In this document: positions 50,780 through 60,424 of the stretch, piece by piece | Layout of the letters: each line of letters starts with the position of its first letter | Numbering within the stretch: position 1 is the stretch's first letter | NCBI GenBank assembly: GCA_963851265.1 | Contig: CAWKNZ010000002.1 | Location: 416,001-480,000, forward strand | Direction: 5' to 3' | Length of the DNA stretch: 64,000 nt | From: an uncultured Gemmatimonadales bacterium | GTDB lineage: Bacteria > Gemmatimonadota > Gemmatimonadetes > Gemmatimonadales > Gemmatimonadaceae | The notes under the pieces: model-generated | Databases searched by the model: none | The model's input: only the letters and a program-made list of their open reading frames with translations | What the model was told of the DNA's origin: nothing | Made by a program: the position numbers and the translations under genes

Positions 50780-52477
50780 TCAGGGCAGGTCGACGACGGT
50801 GCCCTGGGCGCGTGCGAGCGCGACTCGGGCGTTCTGGTATGCGGTGAGGACGTCGACGTAGCCGGTGCGGGCGTTGGTGAGCGACTGCGACGCGGTGATC
50901 ACGTCGGCGTTGCCCGACACGCCCGCGCGGAAGCGGTCGCGCGCCTGCGCGACTTCCTGCTCGGCGAGGCGGAGGCGTTCGCGTGCGGCCGACACCTCCT
51001 GCCCCGCGGAGCGGAGGTCGAGGATCGCGCCGCGCACGTCGACGGAGGTCTGCGTCTGCAGGTCCCGGGCGCGCACGTCGAGCTCCGACGCGGCGGCACG
51101 CTGCTCCTGCTCGCGCCCTTCGCGCAGGCCGCCGGTGAAGATCGGCCACGACACCTGCACGCCGTACGTGTAGGTGTTGAGCAGACGGCCGCGCGTGAAG
51201 CCGAGGCCGGTGTTGCCGTCGTCGGCGAACGCCTGCAGCGCCGGGTAGCGTTCCGCCCGGATCGCGGCGGCGGCCTGCTGGGCGGCCGCGGCCTGCTCGG
51301 CGGCGACGCGCAGGTCGGCACGGCGCGAGGTGGCGATGCGTTCGGCCGCGCCCTGGTCGGGGACCGAGAGCGTGTCGATGGGGAGCGCCGCGAGCCGGTC
51401 GGTGAGCGTCAGCGGCTGGTCGAGCGCGACGCCGACGGCCCGGTTGAGGTCGAGCCGCGCGCGGTCGCGCGTGTTGCGCGCCGCGATGAGCGAGGCGCGC
51501 GTGGCGGCGAGCTGCGATTGCGCGCGCGTGACGTCGAGCGCGACGCCGACGCCCGCGGCGAGCTGCTGCTGCGCGATCGTGAGCAGTTCCCCGGCGAGCA
51601 CCGAGTCGGCGACGCGGTTCTCGAGCTGCGATTCGGCCTGCAGCACGCGGATGTACGTGGCGGCCGCACTCCCGGCGGCGATCTGCCCCTGGTTCTGCGC
51701 GTCGAAGGTGCCCGCGCGCACGAGCGTGCGCGACGCGCGGATGCGCTGCACCGCGCTCAGGTCGAGCAGGCTGGCCGCGACGCGCGCGCGGAAGTCGTAG
51801 ATGTTGACCGGGCCGGCCACCTGCCCGTTGGGGTCGAACAGCGCCGGCTGCCCGGGCGCGCTCGGGAAGGTGATGCCGAACGAGGCGGTGTTGAACGTGC
51901 GCTGGTTCTGGCTGCCGAGCCCCGAGAGCGACGGGAGGAGCGCGGCGCGGCTCTGCCGCAGGCGGCCGCGCGCCTGGTCGATGCGGTAGCGCGCCTCTTC
52001 GGAGTTCGCGCTCTGCACGGCCGCGAGGCGCGCGGCGCCGCCGAGCGAGAGCGGCCCGACGGGGCCGCCGAGCGTGGCGGCGCCGGCCTGGCCGGCGTCG
52101 GCCGGGGTGCGGGGCGCGCCGGGGTTCGCCGGGGTGACCACCGCGCCGGGCGCACCGGGCGTCGCACTGGGCGCGCCGCTTCCGCCGCCGCCGGGCACGT
52201 TGGGCGTGGCGGGCGCGGAGCCGGGCGCGGCGGGCACACCCGGCGAGGGCAGCGAGGGCGTCGACGTGGGCGCGCCGGGCGTCGAACTTCCCGGCGTCGT
52301 GGGCGTGGACGTCGGCGAGCCGGTACTCGGCGGCGCCGGGCTCGGCGGTGCGGGGGCGGGCACCTGGCTGCGCGCGGCGGTCGTCGCGAGCGCAGAGGTC
52401 GCGAGCGTGGCCGCCGCGGCGAGCACGAGGGCGGAGCCGGGGCTGCGCCCCCGAGTCGAAGGCCTGCGGTCGTTCAT
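50780..52477 (-). CDS. TolC-family outer membrane efflux protein
   Basis: Two OEP repeats (LDVTRAQ..., AEQEV...RFRAG...DV..A); Pro/Thr-rich linker after the signal; ATGA overlap with tetR. Confidence 0.88.
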   Translation of the reverse strand: MNDRRPSTRGRSPGSALVLAAAATLATSALATTAARSQVPAPAPPSPAPPSTGSPTSTPTTPGSSTPGAPTSTPSLPSPGVPAAPGSAPATPNVPGGGGSGAPSATPGAPGAVVTPANPGAPRTPADAGQAGAATLGGPVGPLSLGGAARLAAVQSANSEEARYRIDQARGRLRQSRAALLPSLSGLGSQNQRTFNTASFGITFPSAPGQPALFDPNGQVAGPVNIYDFRARVAASLLDLSAVQRIRASRTLVRAGTFDAQNQGQIAAGSAAATYIRVLQAESQLENRVADSVLAGELLTIAQQQLAAGVGVALDVTRAQSQLAATRASLIAARNTRDRARLDLNRAVGVALDQPLTLTDRLAALPIDTLSVPDQGAAERIATSRRADLRVAAEQAAAAQQAAAAIRAERYPALQAFADDGNTGLGFTRGRLLNTYTYGVQVSWPIFTGGLREGREQEQRAAASELDVRARDLQTQTSVDVRGAILDLRSAGQEVSAARERLRLAEQEVAQARDRFRAGVSGNADVITASQSLTNARTGYVDVLTAYQNARVALARAQGTVVDLP

Positions 52478-53127
52478 GCGGTCGGTTCGGGAGTAGGACG
52501 AAGGGCGTGGAACGCGAACTCCCGGAGCTGCGCGAACACCTGGTCGGGCGAGAGCTCGTGGAGGGTGGGCATGAACGACTGGTTCGGCCCCATCCAGAGG
52601 GAGTGCGTGATGAACATCGCGGAGAGCATACGGGCTGCCGCGTAGGGCTCGACGGGCCGAAATTCGCCGCGGGCGACGCCGCGAGCGATCACGCCGCCGA
52701 TGAGCCGGTTGCCGCGCGTGAGCACCTCGGTCGAGTAGAACTCCACGAGGTCGGGAAAGCGGTGCAACTCGCTCACGACTAGGCGATAGACCGTGCGGAA
52801 GGGCTCGGCACGGAGGTAGTTCCACCACTGGGCCATGCAGCCGTCGAGTTGCTGTGCGGCCGGCGCGTCCGGGTCGGCGCGGATGCCGACCTCCAACCGG
52901 TCGAGCCGGTCGACGATCGTGTGGCGGACGACCTCGCGAAACAGGGCTTCCTTGTTGGGGAAGTAGAGGTAGATGGTGCCCTTGGCGATCCCGGCACGGC
53001 GCGCGATGTCGTCGAGGCGCGCGCCCACGAGTCCATACTCGCCAAAGATCTCGAGGGCGGCCTCGAGGATCTGGTGCGGGCGCTCATCGGGCGCGCGTCG
53101 ACGGACGGGATCGTAAGCGAGAGACAT
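52474..53127 (-). CDS. TetR/AcrR family transcriptional regulator
   Basis: ILEAALEIF...LDDIARRAGIAKGTIYLYFPNKEALF. Confidence 0.95.
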   Translation of the reverse strand: MSLAYDPVRRRAPDERPHQILEAALEIFGEYGLVGARLDDIARRAGIAKGTIYLYFPNKEALFREVVRHTIVDRLDRLEVGIRADPDAPAAQQLDGCMAQWWNYLRAEPFRTVYRLVVSELHRFPDLVEFYSTEVLTRGNRLIGGVIARGVARGEFRPVEPYAAARMLSAMFITHSLWMGPNQSFMPTLHELSPDQVFAQLREFAFHALRPTPEPTA

Positions 53128-53135
53128 CTGGTTAC

Positions 53136-53176
53136 TGACTGGTCAGTCATTTTACACATGCAAGAACGGGGCGCAA
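53136..53176 (-). promoter_or_regulatory. Sigma70-like promoter with overlapping TetR operator palindrome
   Basis: Minus strand reads TTGCGC-16 nt-TAAAAT, immediately followed by the inverted repeat TGACT-N4-AGTCA (53136-53149), just upstream of the tetR ATG. Confidence 0.65.
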
Positions 53177-53243
53177 CGGCGCCCCGTCCCGACCCACGAC
53201 GACGGTCGTGACCGTGTCGTGAACTACGGCAGCGTGCTTCGGC

Positions 53244-53432
53244 CTACTTGGTCGCCGCGGCGACGGGCTCGCCCGCCTCGAGGTGGTGGTTGGTCCACTT
53301 CACCATCCCGAACAGGAATCCGCCGATGAGGACGAGGCCGGCAATCAGGCCCATGAACGCGGCGCTCTTGTCGGCGTTGACGTCGTGGTGCTCGCCGTGA
53401 CCGGCCCCGCCGTGGTTCGTGTCGTGTGCCAT
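53244..53432 (-). CDS. Small His-rich single-TM protein
   Basis: 62 aa, one TM helix, 11 bp downstream of the PPIase gene. Confidence 0.65.
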   Translation of the reverse strand: MAHDTNHGGAGHGEHHDVNADKSAAFMGLIAGLVLIGGFLFGMVKWTNHHLEAGEPVAAATK

Positions 53433-53443
53433 CGGAACCCCGC

Positions 53444-53905
53444 TCAGCTCACCCGAACCGTGTTCATCACGTCGTTGCCCGAGATCTGGCGGACGACGTC
53501 CATGCCCTCGACGACCTTGCCGAATACCGTGTGTACCCCGTTCAGGTGCCGCGTGTTCGGCGTGCTGAGCACGATGAAGAACTGGCTACCCCCGGTGTTG
53601 GGGCCCGCGTGCGCCATCGACAGTGCGCCTTCCTCGTGCTTGTGAGGATTCCCCTTGAGCTCGTCCGGGATCGTGTACCCGGGGCCGCCGGTACCGATGC
53701 GGCGGTCGCCCGCGGGCAGGTCGCGCGACAACGGGTCGCCGCCCTGGATGACGAAGTCGGGGATGACGCGGTGAAACTTCACCCCGTCGTAGTAGTGCTC
53801 GTTGGCCAGCTTCTCGAAGTTGGCGACCGTCTTGGGCGCCTCCTTGTCGTAGAGCTCGGCGACGATGGTGCCCTTGTTGGTCTCGAACGTGACGCGCTTG
53901 GACAT
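53444..53905 (-). CDS. Cyclophilin-type peptidyl-prolyl isomerase
   Basis: [43 protein letters not shown]. Confidence 0.95.
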   Translation of the reverse strand: MSKRVTFETNKGTIVAELYDKEAPKTVANFEKLANEHYYDGVKFHRVIPDFVIQGGDPLSRDLPAGDRRIGTGGPGYTIPDELKGNPHKHEEGALSMAHAGPNTGGSQFFIVLSTPNTRHLNGVHTVFGKVVEGMDVVRQISGNDVMNTVRVS

Positions 53906-54014
53906 GCGACGGATGGCGGTTGGAGGTAGAACCCGGACAAGGTAAGCGCGTCGGGCGGCAAAGGTGGACGCCGCGGCCCCGCCTACATTCCCGCGCCCAC
54001 CCTCCGCACGCATC

Positions 54015-54983
54015 ATGCGCATCCTCGTCAGCCGCACCGACCGCCTGGGCGACGTCGCGCTCACGCTGCCCCTGTGCGGGCTGCTGAAGCACCGGCTCGG
54101 CGCCACGGTGGTCTTCCTCGGCCGCGACTACACGCGCCCCGTGCTCGAGGCGAGTGCGGCCGTCGACGAAGTGCTCGAGTGGGACGGCGTCGCGGACGCG
54201 TCGCTCGCACGGCGACGCGAGGCGCTCCGCGCGGCGCGCGCCGACGTCGCGCTGCACGTCTTCCCGCGCGCGGCCGTGGCGTGGGCCGCGCTCGCCGCGC
54301 GCGTGCCGCGCCGCGTCGGGACCACGCACCGGTGGTACCACTGGCTCACGTGCAACGTGCGCGAGCCGCTCGAGCGCCGCGCGTCGCCGCTGCACGAGGC
54401 GCAGCTCAACGTCCGCCTCGCGCGCACGCTCCTCCCCGCCGCCGACCTCGCGCTCGCGCCGGACGCGCTGGCGCCCTACGCCGCGCTCGCGCCGCGCGTG
54501 CCGGTGCCGGTGTGGGCCGCCCCGCTGGTCGGCGGCGACCGCTCGTCGCTCGTCGTCCACCCCAAGTCGTTAGGCAGTGCGCGCGAGTGGCCGCTCGCGC
54601 GCTGGCGCGCCCTGGTCGACGCGCTGCCCGCGGACCGGTATCGCGTGCTCGTCACGGGCTCGGCCCAGGAAGGGGCGGCGATGCGGGGGTGGCTCGACGC
54701 GCTGCCGGCGCACGCGCACGACCTCACCGGCCGGCTGTCACTCGCCGAACTGCTGGCGGTGCTCGCGGCCGCGGACGGGGTGGTGGCAGCGAGCACGGGG
54801 CCGCTCCACCTCGCGGCCCTGCTCGGCACGCCGACTCTGGGATTGTTCGCGCCGGTGCGCCCGGTGCACGCGGGGCGCTGGGCCCCGATCGGCACGCGGG
54901 CCGAAGTGCTGGAGGCGCAGATGGACGCGATCAGCCCGGCGTCTGTCGCGGCACGGGTCGAGGCGTGGGTGCCGACGCGCTAG
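54015..54983 (+). CDS. Glycosyltransferase family 9 (heptosyltransferase-like)
   Basis: [11 protein letters not shown]...[21 protein letters not shown]. Confidence 0.9.
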   Translation: MRILVSRTDRLGDVALTLPLCGLLKHRLGATVVFLGRDYTRPVLEASAAVDEVLEWDGVADASLARRREALRAARADVALHVFPRAAVAWAALAARVPRRVGTTHRWYHWLTCNVREPLERRASPLHEAQLNVRLARTLLPAADLALAPDALAPYAALAPRVPVPVWAAPLVGGDRSSLVVHPKSLGSAREWPLARWRALVDALPADRYRVLVTGSAQEGAAMRGWLDALPAHAHDLTGRLSLAELLAVLAAADGVVAASTGPLHLAALLGTPTLGLFAPVRPVHAGRWAPIGTRAEVLEAQMDAISPASVAARVEAWVPTR

Positions 54984-56178
54984 CCGCCGCCCGCGGCGCG
55001 TCGGTGTGCGTGACCAGCAACCGACCGCCGCGATCACCGCGGGTGCCGGACAGCAGGTCGTGCACGGCGTCGACGATATCCTGCACCGGGACGGCGTCGA
55101 TCTCACAGTCTTCCGGGAAGTGGACGACGCGCCGAGGCATCGCGCCCCACGCTCCCCACAGGTGCGCCTCGGTGTACGCCGTGTAGACGGCGACGAGCGG
55201 CGTTCCGACGGCCGCCGCGATGTGCATGTTGGCCGTGTCGGGGGTGAGCACGATCGCGGCGCGACTCAGCAGCGCGACGAGATCGGTGAGGTCGGCCGAG
55301 GGTGGGGCGACGACGACGCGCTCGGCGGCGGCCGGGTCGAGCGCCGCGATCGCGCCGGCCGCCATCGCCGCGGCTTCGGCCGCGCGGGCGGGCGGCGGCG
55401 TGAACACCACGGCGAGATCCGGGTGCTGCACGGCGAGCGCGATCGCGATCTCTGCCGCCCGCGCCACGCCGAAGCACCGCTTGCGCTGACTGCCCCACGC
55501 GTTGAACGCGACGAACGCTCGCCCGGCGAGCACCTCGGCGACGAACGCGCCCGTGCGCGCGTCCGCGACCGGCGTGGTCGTCAGGCGCGGCGGGTATTCG
55601 GCGGGCGTGGGCGGCGCGGCGTGCGGATCGCCCACCGCGGCCCACGCGAGGTGGAGGAAGCGGGTGGTCACGTGCCGGCGCGCGAGGGGTACGCGAAACT
55701 GGTGCGTGAACAGCCCCGCGTACTGCGGCGGGCGCCGCACCGTGGCACGCATCGCCCCAGGCGGCGCGACGAGCGCGGCCGTCACGCCCTCGTCCAGATG
55801 GTCGCGCAGCCGGAGGGTGAGGATCACGTCGTACCGGCGCGCCCGAAGCGTGTGCAGCATGCGCCACCACCCACGCAGCCCACGCCGGTACTGGTACACG
55901 TGATCGATGCGCGGGTCATGCGTGAGGAGCGAGGTCGCGCTCGCCGTCACCACGTCGATTTCCGCCGCCGGCAGTCGCGCGCGCAGGTAGGCGATGGTCG
56001 GGGTCAGCACCACCGCATCGCCCACCCGATCCGTGCGCGCCAGCAGCACGCGGCGCGCCCGCGCCGGAGGAAGCGGCGCAGGCGAGATCTCGTCGGAAAA
56101 GATCGCGCGATACAGGCAGTACAGCACCCGGTAGAAGCGTCGCGTGAGGCGCGTGCGGAACGGCCCGGTTCTCTTCAT
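54931..56178 (-). CDS. Glycosyltransferase family 9
   Basis: RTDRVGDAV, TPDTANMHIAAA; ATGA overlap with the upstream GT9. Confidence 0.88.
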   Translation of the reverse strand: MKRTGPFRTRLTRRFYRVLYCLYRAIFSDEISPAPLPPARARRVLLARTDRVGDAVVLTPTIAYLRARLPAAEIDVVTASATSLLTHDPRIDHVYQYRRGLRGWWRMLHTLRARRYDVILTLRLRDHLDEGVTAALVAPPGAMRATVRRPPQYAGLFTHQFRVPLARRHVTTRFLHLAWAAVGDPHAAPPTPAEYPPRLTTTPVADARTGAFVAEVLAGRAFVAFNAWGSQRKRCFGVARAAEIAIALAVQHPDLAVVFTPPPARAAEAAAMAAGAIAALDPAAAERVVVAPPSADLTDLVALLSRAAIVLTPDTANMHIAAAVGTPLVAVYTAYTEAHLWGAWGAMPRRVVHFPEDCEIDAVPVQDIVDAVHDLLSGTRGDRGGRLLVTHTDAPRAAASASAPTPRPVPRQTPG

Positions 56179-57437
56179 CGCTCGACGGACCAGGCGTGGT
56201 GAGAACGGCCCGCACCCGGCCGCACGACGCGCGGCGCGATCGCGGCACGTGCGGAGCCCAGGACCGCGTCGACCGCGTCGACGACGGCCGCGGCCGGAAG
56301 CTCGGCGAGGGGCCGCCGCCCGTCGACCGCCACGGCCCGGTGAGCGGGGCCGGGCGGGGCCCAGTGCACCATCTTCGTGCCGCTCAGTGGCGTGTAGAGC
56401 GCGACCGTCGGCCGTCCGGCGGCAGCGGCGAGGTGCACGTTGGCGGTGTCGGGCGTGACGACCAGCGCCGCGCGCGCGAGGACCGCGGCGAGTTCGGGAA
56501 GCCGTGGCGACGACGGGATCGCGACGACGCGCGTCGCGTCGGCCGGGGCGAGGCGCGCGCGGGCGGCGCGGACGATGGTCGCCGCCGACGCGTCCGCACC
56601 CGGCGGCGGGGTGAGCGCAACCCACAGCCCCGGGTGCCGCACGACGATGCCGGCCGCGATCTCCGCGGCCTGCGCCTCGCCCAGCGTGCGCATCGGCGCC
56701 GACGCCCACGCGTTGAGCGCCACGAACGCGCCGCCCACGTGATCGACGAGCCGGGCGTCCACGCGTTGGGCGACCTCCGCCGACACGTGTACCGAGAGGG
56801 GATACGCGGCCGTGCCGTCGGCCGCCCGGCCACGTCCGCCCGTGACCGCGGCGCGCACGGCGTAGAGCAGGCGCTCGGGCATGTAGCGCCGCTCGAACCC
56901 CTTCACACGGGCGCGGTGCGTGAAGAGTCCCGCGAAGCGCACCGGTCGGTGCGGCGTGACGCGGGCGCCGCGGCGTCCGGCCACGAACGCGGTGAGCAGG
57001 CCCTCGCGCAGGTGGTGCGGCAGCACGAAATCGGCGACGAGATCGTAGCGCTCGCGCCGGAGCCGCCGCGCGAGTCCGGTCCACGCGCGCGCCGCCGCGA
57101 GGGGCCCACGCCCGCGCCGCGGGTCGTGCACGACCACGCGGTCGACGCGCGGGTCGCCTTCCAGGAGCGAAGCGCTGCCGGGCGCCACGAGCACGTCGAT
57201 CCGGGCGTGCGGCGCGGCATCGCGCAGGAACGCCACGGCCGGCGTGGCGACGACGAGGTCGCCGACGAAGTAGTTGGCCATCACGAGCACGCGCCGCAGC
57301 GCGTCGCCGTCGATGGGGCCCGGGCCGACGTCGGTCGGGAACGCGCGCCGCGCGAGGCCGAACAGGGCGCGGTTGTAGCGCCGGCGCAGGCGCCGGCGTA
57401 GCCGCGCCGCGCCCGTGGTGATCGGCGCTCCGGTCAC
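56175..57437 (-). CDS. Glycosyltransferase family 9
   Basis: [26 protein letters not shown] overlap with nth. Confidence 0.88.
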   Translation of the reverse strand: MTGAPITTGAARLRRRLRRRYNRALFGLARRAFPTDVGPGPIDGDALRRVLVMANYFVGDLVVATPAVAFLRDAAPHARIDVLVAPGSASLLEGDPRVDRVVVHDPRRGRGPLAAARAWTGLARRLRRERYDLVADFVLPHHLREGLLTAFVAGRRGARVTPHRPVRFAGLFTHRARVKGFERRYMPERLLYAVRAAVTGGRGRAADGTAAYPLSVHVSAEVAQRVDARLVDHVGGAFVALNAWASAPMRTLGEAQAAEIAAGIVVRHPGLWVALTPPPGADASAATIVRAARARLAPADATRVVAIPSSPRLPELAAVLARAALVVTPDTANVHLAAAAGRPTVALYTPLSGTKMVHWAPPGPAHRAVAVDGRRPLAELPAAAVVDAVDAVLGSARAAIAPRVVRPGAGRSHHAWSVER

Positions 57438-58153
57438 CGGTCGGCGCCGTCGCGGTCGCCGTGCATGGGCCGGCTCGACGGGCAGATGGCGGCGAGCGTG
57501 CATGCCCCGCAGCGCGGCGTGCGCGCGTCGCACACGCGGCGGCCGTGGAAGATCAGCCGGTGCGAGAGCATCGCCCAGCCGTCCTGTGGGAAGAGCGGGA
57601 TGAGCTCCTGCTCGATCGTGACCGGGTCGTCGCCGCGGGCGAGGCCCAGCCGCCGGCTGAGCCGGTGGACGTGCGTGTCGACGGTGACGCCCGCGTTGAT
57701 GCCGAACGCGTTGCCGAGGATCACGTTCGCGGTCTTGCGCCCGACCCCCGGTAGCTCGACGAGCTCCGGCATCGTGCGCGGCACCTCGCCGCCGTGCCGC
57801 TCGACGAGGGCGCGGGCCATGCCGACGAGGCTCCGCGCCTTGTTGCGGAAGAAGCCCGTGGGCTGCACCAGGCGCTCGACGTCGGCCACGTCGGCGGCGG
57901 CGAGCGCGCGCGCGTCGGGGTAGGCGGCGAAGAGCGCGGGCGTGGTCAGGTTCACGCGGCGGTCGGTACACTGCGCGGAGAGGATCGTGGCGCAGAGCAA
58001 CTCGAAGGGGTCGCGGTGGGTCAACTCGCAGTGCGCGTCCGGGTGCGCGTCCGCGAGGGCCTGCCACACGCGCGCGGCGTGCGCGGGCATGTCCCGCTTG
58101 AGGATGCGCCCGGGCGCGCGCGGCCCGGCGGCCCTCGCACGCCTAACGGGCAC
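57434..58153 (-). CDS. nth: Endonuclease III
   Basis: LSAQCTD, HhH motif [16 protein letters not shown], 4Fe-4S motif C-x6-C-x2-C-x5-C. Confidence 0.95.
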   Translation of the reverse strand: MPVRRARAAGPRAPGRILKRDMPAHAARVWQALADAHPDAHCELTHRDPFELLCATILSAQCTDRRVNLTTPALFAAYPDARALAAADVADVERLVQPTGFFRNKARSLVGMARALVERHGGEVPRTMPELVELPGVGRKTANVILGNAFGINAGVTVDTHVHRLSRRLGLARGDDPVTIEQELIPLFPQDGWAMLSHRLIFHGRRVCDARTPRCGACTLAAICPSSRPMHGDRDGADR

Positions 58154-59855
58154 GGGCCGCCCCGCCGGTGCCCCCGCGGCCCCCTTCGCGCTTCGCGCGC
58201 GCGAAGGCGAGCACGGCGTCGGCGTCGCGCGCGTTGAGCACGTCGCCCGGACCGAGCCAGCCCTTGCGCGCGACGCCGACCCCGAAGTCCACGTTGGCGA
58301 GCCCCGCGGGCGTGTGCGCGTCGGGCCCGATCTCGATCGTCACCCCCCGGTCCTTCGCGGCGCGCAGCTCACGCCAGTCGAGGTCCAGCCGGTGCGGGTC
58401 GGCGTTGAGCTCGACCGACGCGCCGTGCTGGGCGGCGGCCGCCACCACCTCGCCGACGTCGATCGCGTACGCCTCGCGCTGGAGCAGCAGCCGCCCGGTG
58501 GGGTGGCCCAGTACCGTGAGGAACGGGTTCGCCACCGCGCGGCAGACGCGGTCGGTCATCTCGCGCGCGCTCAGCCCGAAGCGCGAGTGCACGCTCCCGA
58601 CGACGAACTCGAAGCGCGCGAGGGTGTGCTCGTCGTAGTCCAGCTCGCCGTCGCCGAGAATGTCGCACTCGATCCCTTTCAGGACGCGGAACGCGACGTC
58701 GCGCGCGGCGTAGTCGTCGTTCACGCGGTCGATCTCCCCGTGCTGCTTGATGACGGCCGCGGGGGTGAGACCCCCCGCGTACGCCGCGCTCTGCGAGTGG
58801 TCGGTGATGCCGAGGTACGCCCACCCCATCGCGCGGGCCGCCTCGGCCATCTCGGCCACCGTCGCGCGGCCGTCGGAGTACTCGGTGTGGCAGTGCAAGA
58901 CGCCGCGCAGGTCCGCGGGCTCCAGCAGTCCGGGGAGGGCGCCCGCGGCTGCGGCTTCCACCTCGCCCGTGCCCTCGCGCAGTTCGGGGACGACGAAGGC
59001 GAGCCCCGCGAGCGCGTACACGTCGACTTCATCGCGGACCGGGACGATGTCGCCGTCCGCGCCGCGCAGCGCGCCCCCGTCGAGCGTGTACCCGCGCGCG
59101 GCGAGCCGGGCGGCCACCTGCGCAACGTGCGCCGCGCTCCCAGTCGCGCGCCAGAGCGCGAGCGCGTACGCCGCGGGCGCCGCGCGCGTGAGGCGCGCGG
59201 CGACGCCGTGGGCGGCGGGGAGGCGTACGGGGGTCGCTTCGGCCGCGGCGGCGACCACGTCCACCGCGGCCACCACCTCCAGCCGGCGCCGCACCTCGCC
59301 CGCTGCCTGCACCGCGACCACGCCGGGCTGCGCGCGCACCGCCTCGACCAGGCGCGCGGCCTCGATTGCCGCCTCGGGGAAGCGCACCAGTCCGGTACTC
59401 GCCCGCAGGAACGCGATCCCCGCGGCGATCTTCGCGGCCGTCTTCGCGCCGAACCCCTTCACGCTCGCGAGGCGCCCGTCCTGCGCGGCCGTCTCGAGCG
59501 CGTCGAGCGAGTCGACGCCCAGCGTCGTGTGCAGCTGGTGGATCTTGGACGTGCCGAGCCCCTGGACGTGCAGCAGCTCGGCGAGTCCCGGCGGCGTCTC
59601 GGCGGCGAGCTCGTCGAGCAGGTTGCTGCGGCCGTTGGTCACGAGGTCCCGCACGACGGCGAGCGTGCCCGGGCCGAGGCCCGGCACCTCTTCGAGCGAG
59701 CCGTCGGCGAACAGCGGCGCGAGGTCTTCGGCGTCGAGCGCGGTGAGCGCTCGGGCGGCGTTGTGGTACGCGCGCGTCTTGAACGGGTTGTCGCCGCGGA
59801 GTTCGAGGAGTTGGCCGATGCGTTCCAGGGCATCGGCGGCGGCGCGCGAGTCCAT
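58143..59855 (-). CDS. polX: PolX-PHP protein with degenerate polymerase site
   Basis: N-terminal [10 protein letters not shown], HhH motifs, intact PHP motifs [27 protein letters not shown]. Confidence 0.9.
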   Translation of the reverse strand: MDSRAAADALERIGQLLELRGDNPFKTRAYHNAARALTALDAEDLAPLFADGSLEEVPGLGPGTLAVVRDLVTNGRSNLLDELAAETPPGLAELLHVQGLGTSKIHQLHTTLGVDSLDALETAAQDGRLASVKGFGAKTAAKIAAGIAFLRASTGLVRFPEAAIEAARLVEAVRAQPGVVAVQAAGEVRRRLEVVAAVDVVAAAAEATPVRLPAAHGVAARLTRAAPAAYALALWRATGSAAHVAQVAARLAARGYTLDGGALRGADGDIVPVRDEVDVYALAGLAFVVPELREGTGEVEAAAAGALPGLLEPADLRGVLHCHTEYSDGRATVAEMAEAARAMGWAYLGITDHSQSAAYAGGLTPAAVIKQHGEIDRVNDDYAARDVAFRVLKGIECDILGDGELDYDEHTLARFEFVVGSVHSRFGLSAREMTDRVCRAVANPFLTVLGHPTGRLLLQREAYAIDVGEVVAAAAQHGASVELNADPHRLDLDWRELRAAKDRGVTIEIGPDAHTPAGLANVDFGVGVARKGWLGPGDVLNARDADAVLAFARAKREGGRGGTGGAARAR

Positions 59856-59911
59856 ACGGCCAAGCTAGCGGCCGCTCGGCCGGTCCGGGGCAGGCGGGTC
59901 AGCTAAGTTCC

Positions 59912-60180
59912 ATGACCAACCCCCGGTGACCGATCCCATCTCCGGATGTTTCACCGCTCCCGGTCCCCGTCCACGAAATCTAGAGGCACCTCTCCCGCCT
60001 GCTCGCGGCCGTCCAGCGGGGGAGGTCGTGGTGATCATGCGCGACCGCACGCCAGGGGCGCGGCTGGTCGAGTTCGAGGAGTAGCGCGCGCACCCGGTGT
60101 TCGGTGACATGCGCGGCCAGATCGGTGACATCCCGCCTGAGGCGGTCGCGCCGATGACCGAGGAGGCCTCGGACGAGTGA
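59912..60180 (+). pseudogene. Decayed Phd/YefM-type antitoxin
   Basis: Manual translation gives ...VPVHEI*RHLSRLLAAVQRG/EVVVIMRDRTPGARLVEFEE*RAHPVFGDMRGQIG...; internal stops plus a frameshift. Confidence 0.72.
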
Positions 60181-60205
60181 GGCCTGTCGCGGGCGGCGAC
60201 GTGCC

Positions 60206-60310
60206 GTGCGGATCCTGCTCGACACGCACGCACCGTTCGGGTACCGCGCCGGCAGCGGCGCGCGACATTCAGCAGACGCCCGCTGCGAGCTGCCGGACGT
60301 CGGAGCCCTC
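60206..60310 (+). pseudogene. Truncated VapC/PIN toxin remnant
   Basis: MRILLDTHA start right after the antitoxin remnant; similarity fades after about 30 codons. End approximate. Confidence 0.68.
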
Positions 60311-60424
60311 GCCGCCGACACGGCGTTAGGCGTACATCGTCGCGGCATCGCCTCGCGGCGGTGGGCGGCACGCCGCACCCGGCGGCGCGGAGAACCGCCC
60401 GGCGCGCGCCGCGCAGTGTTCCTG

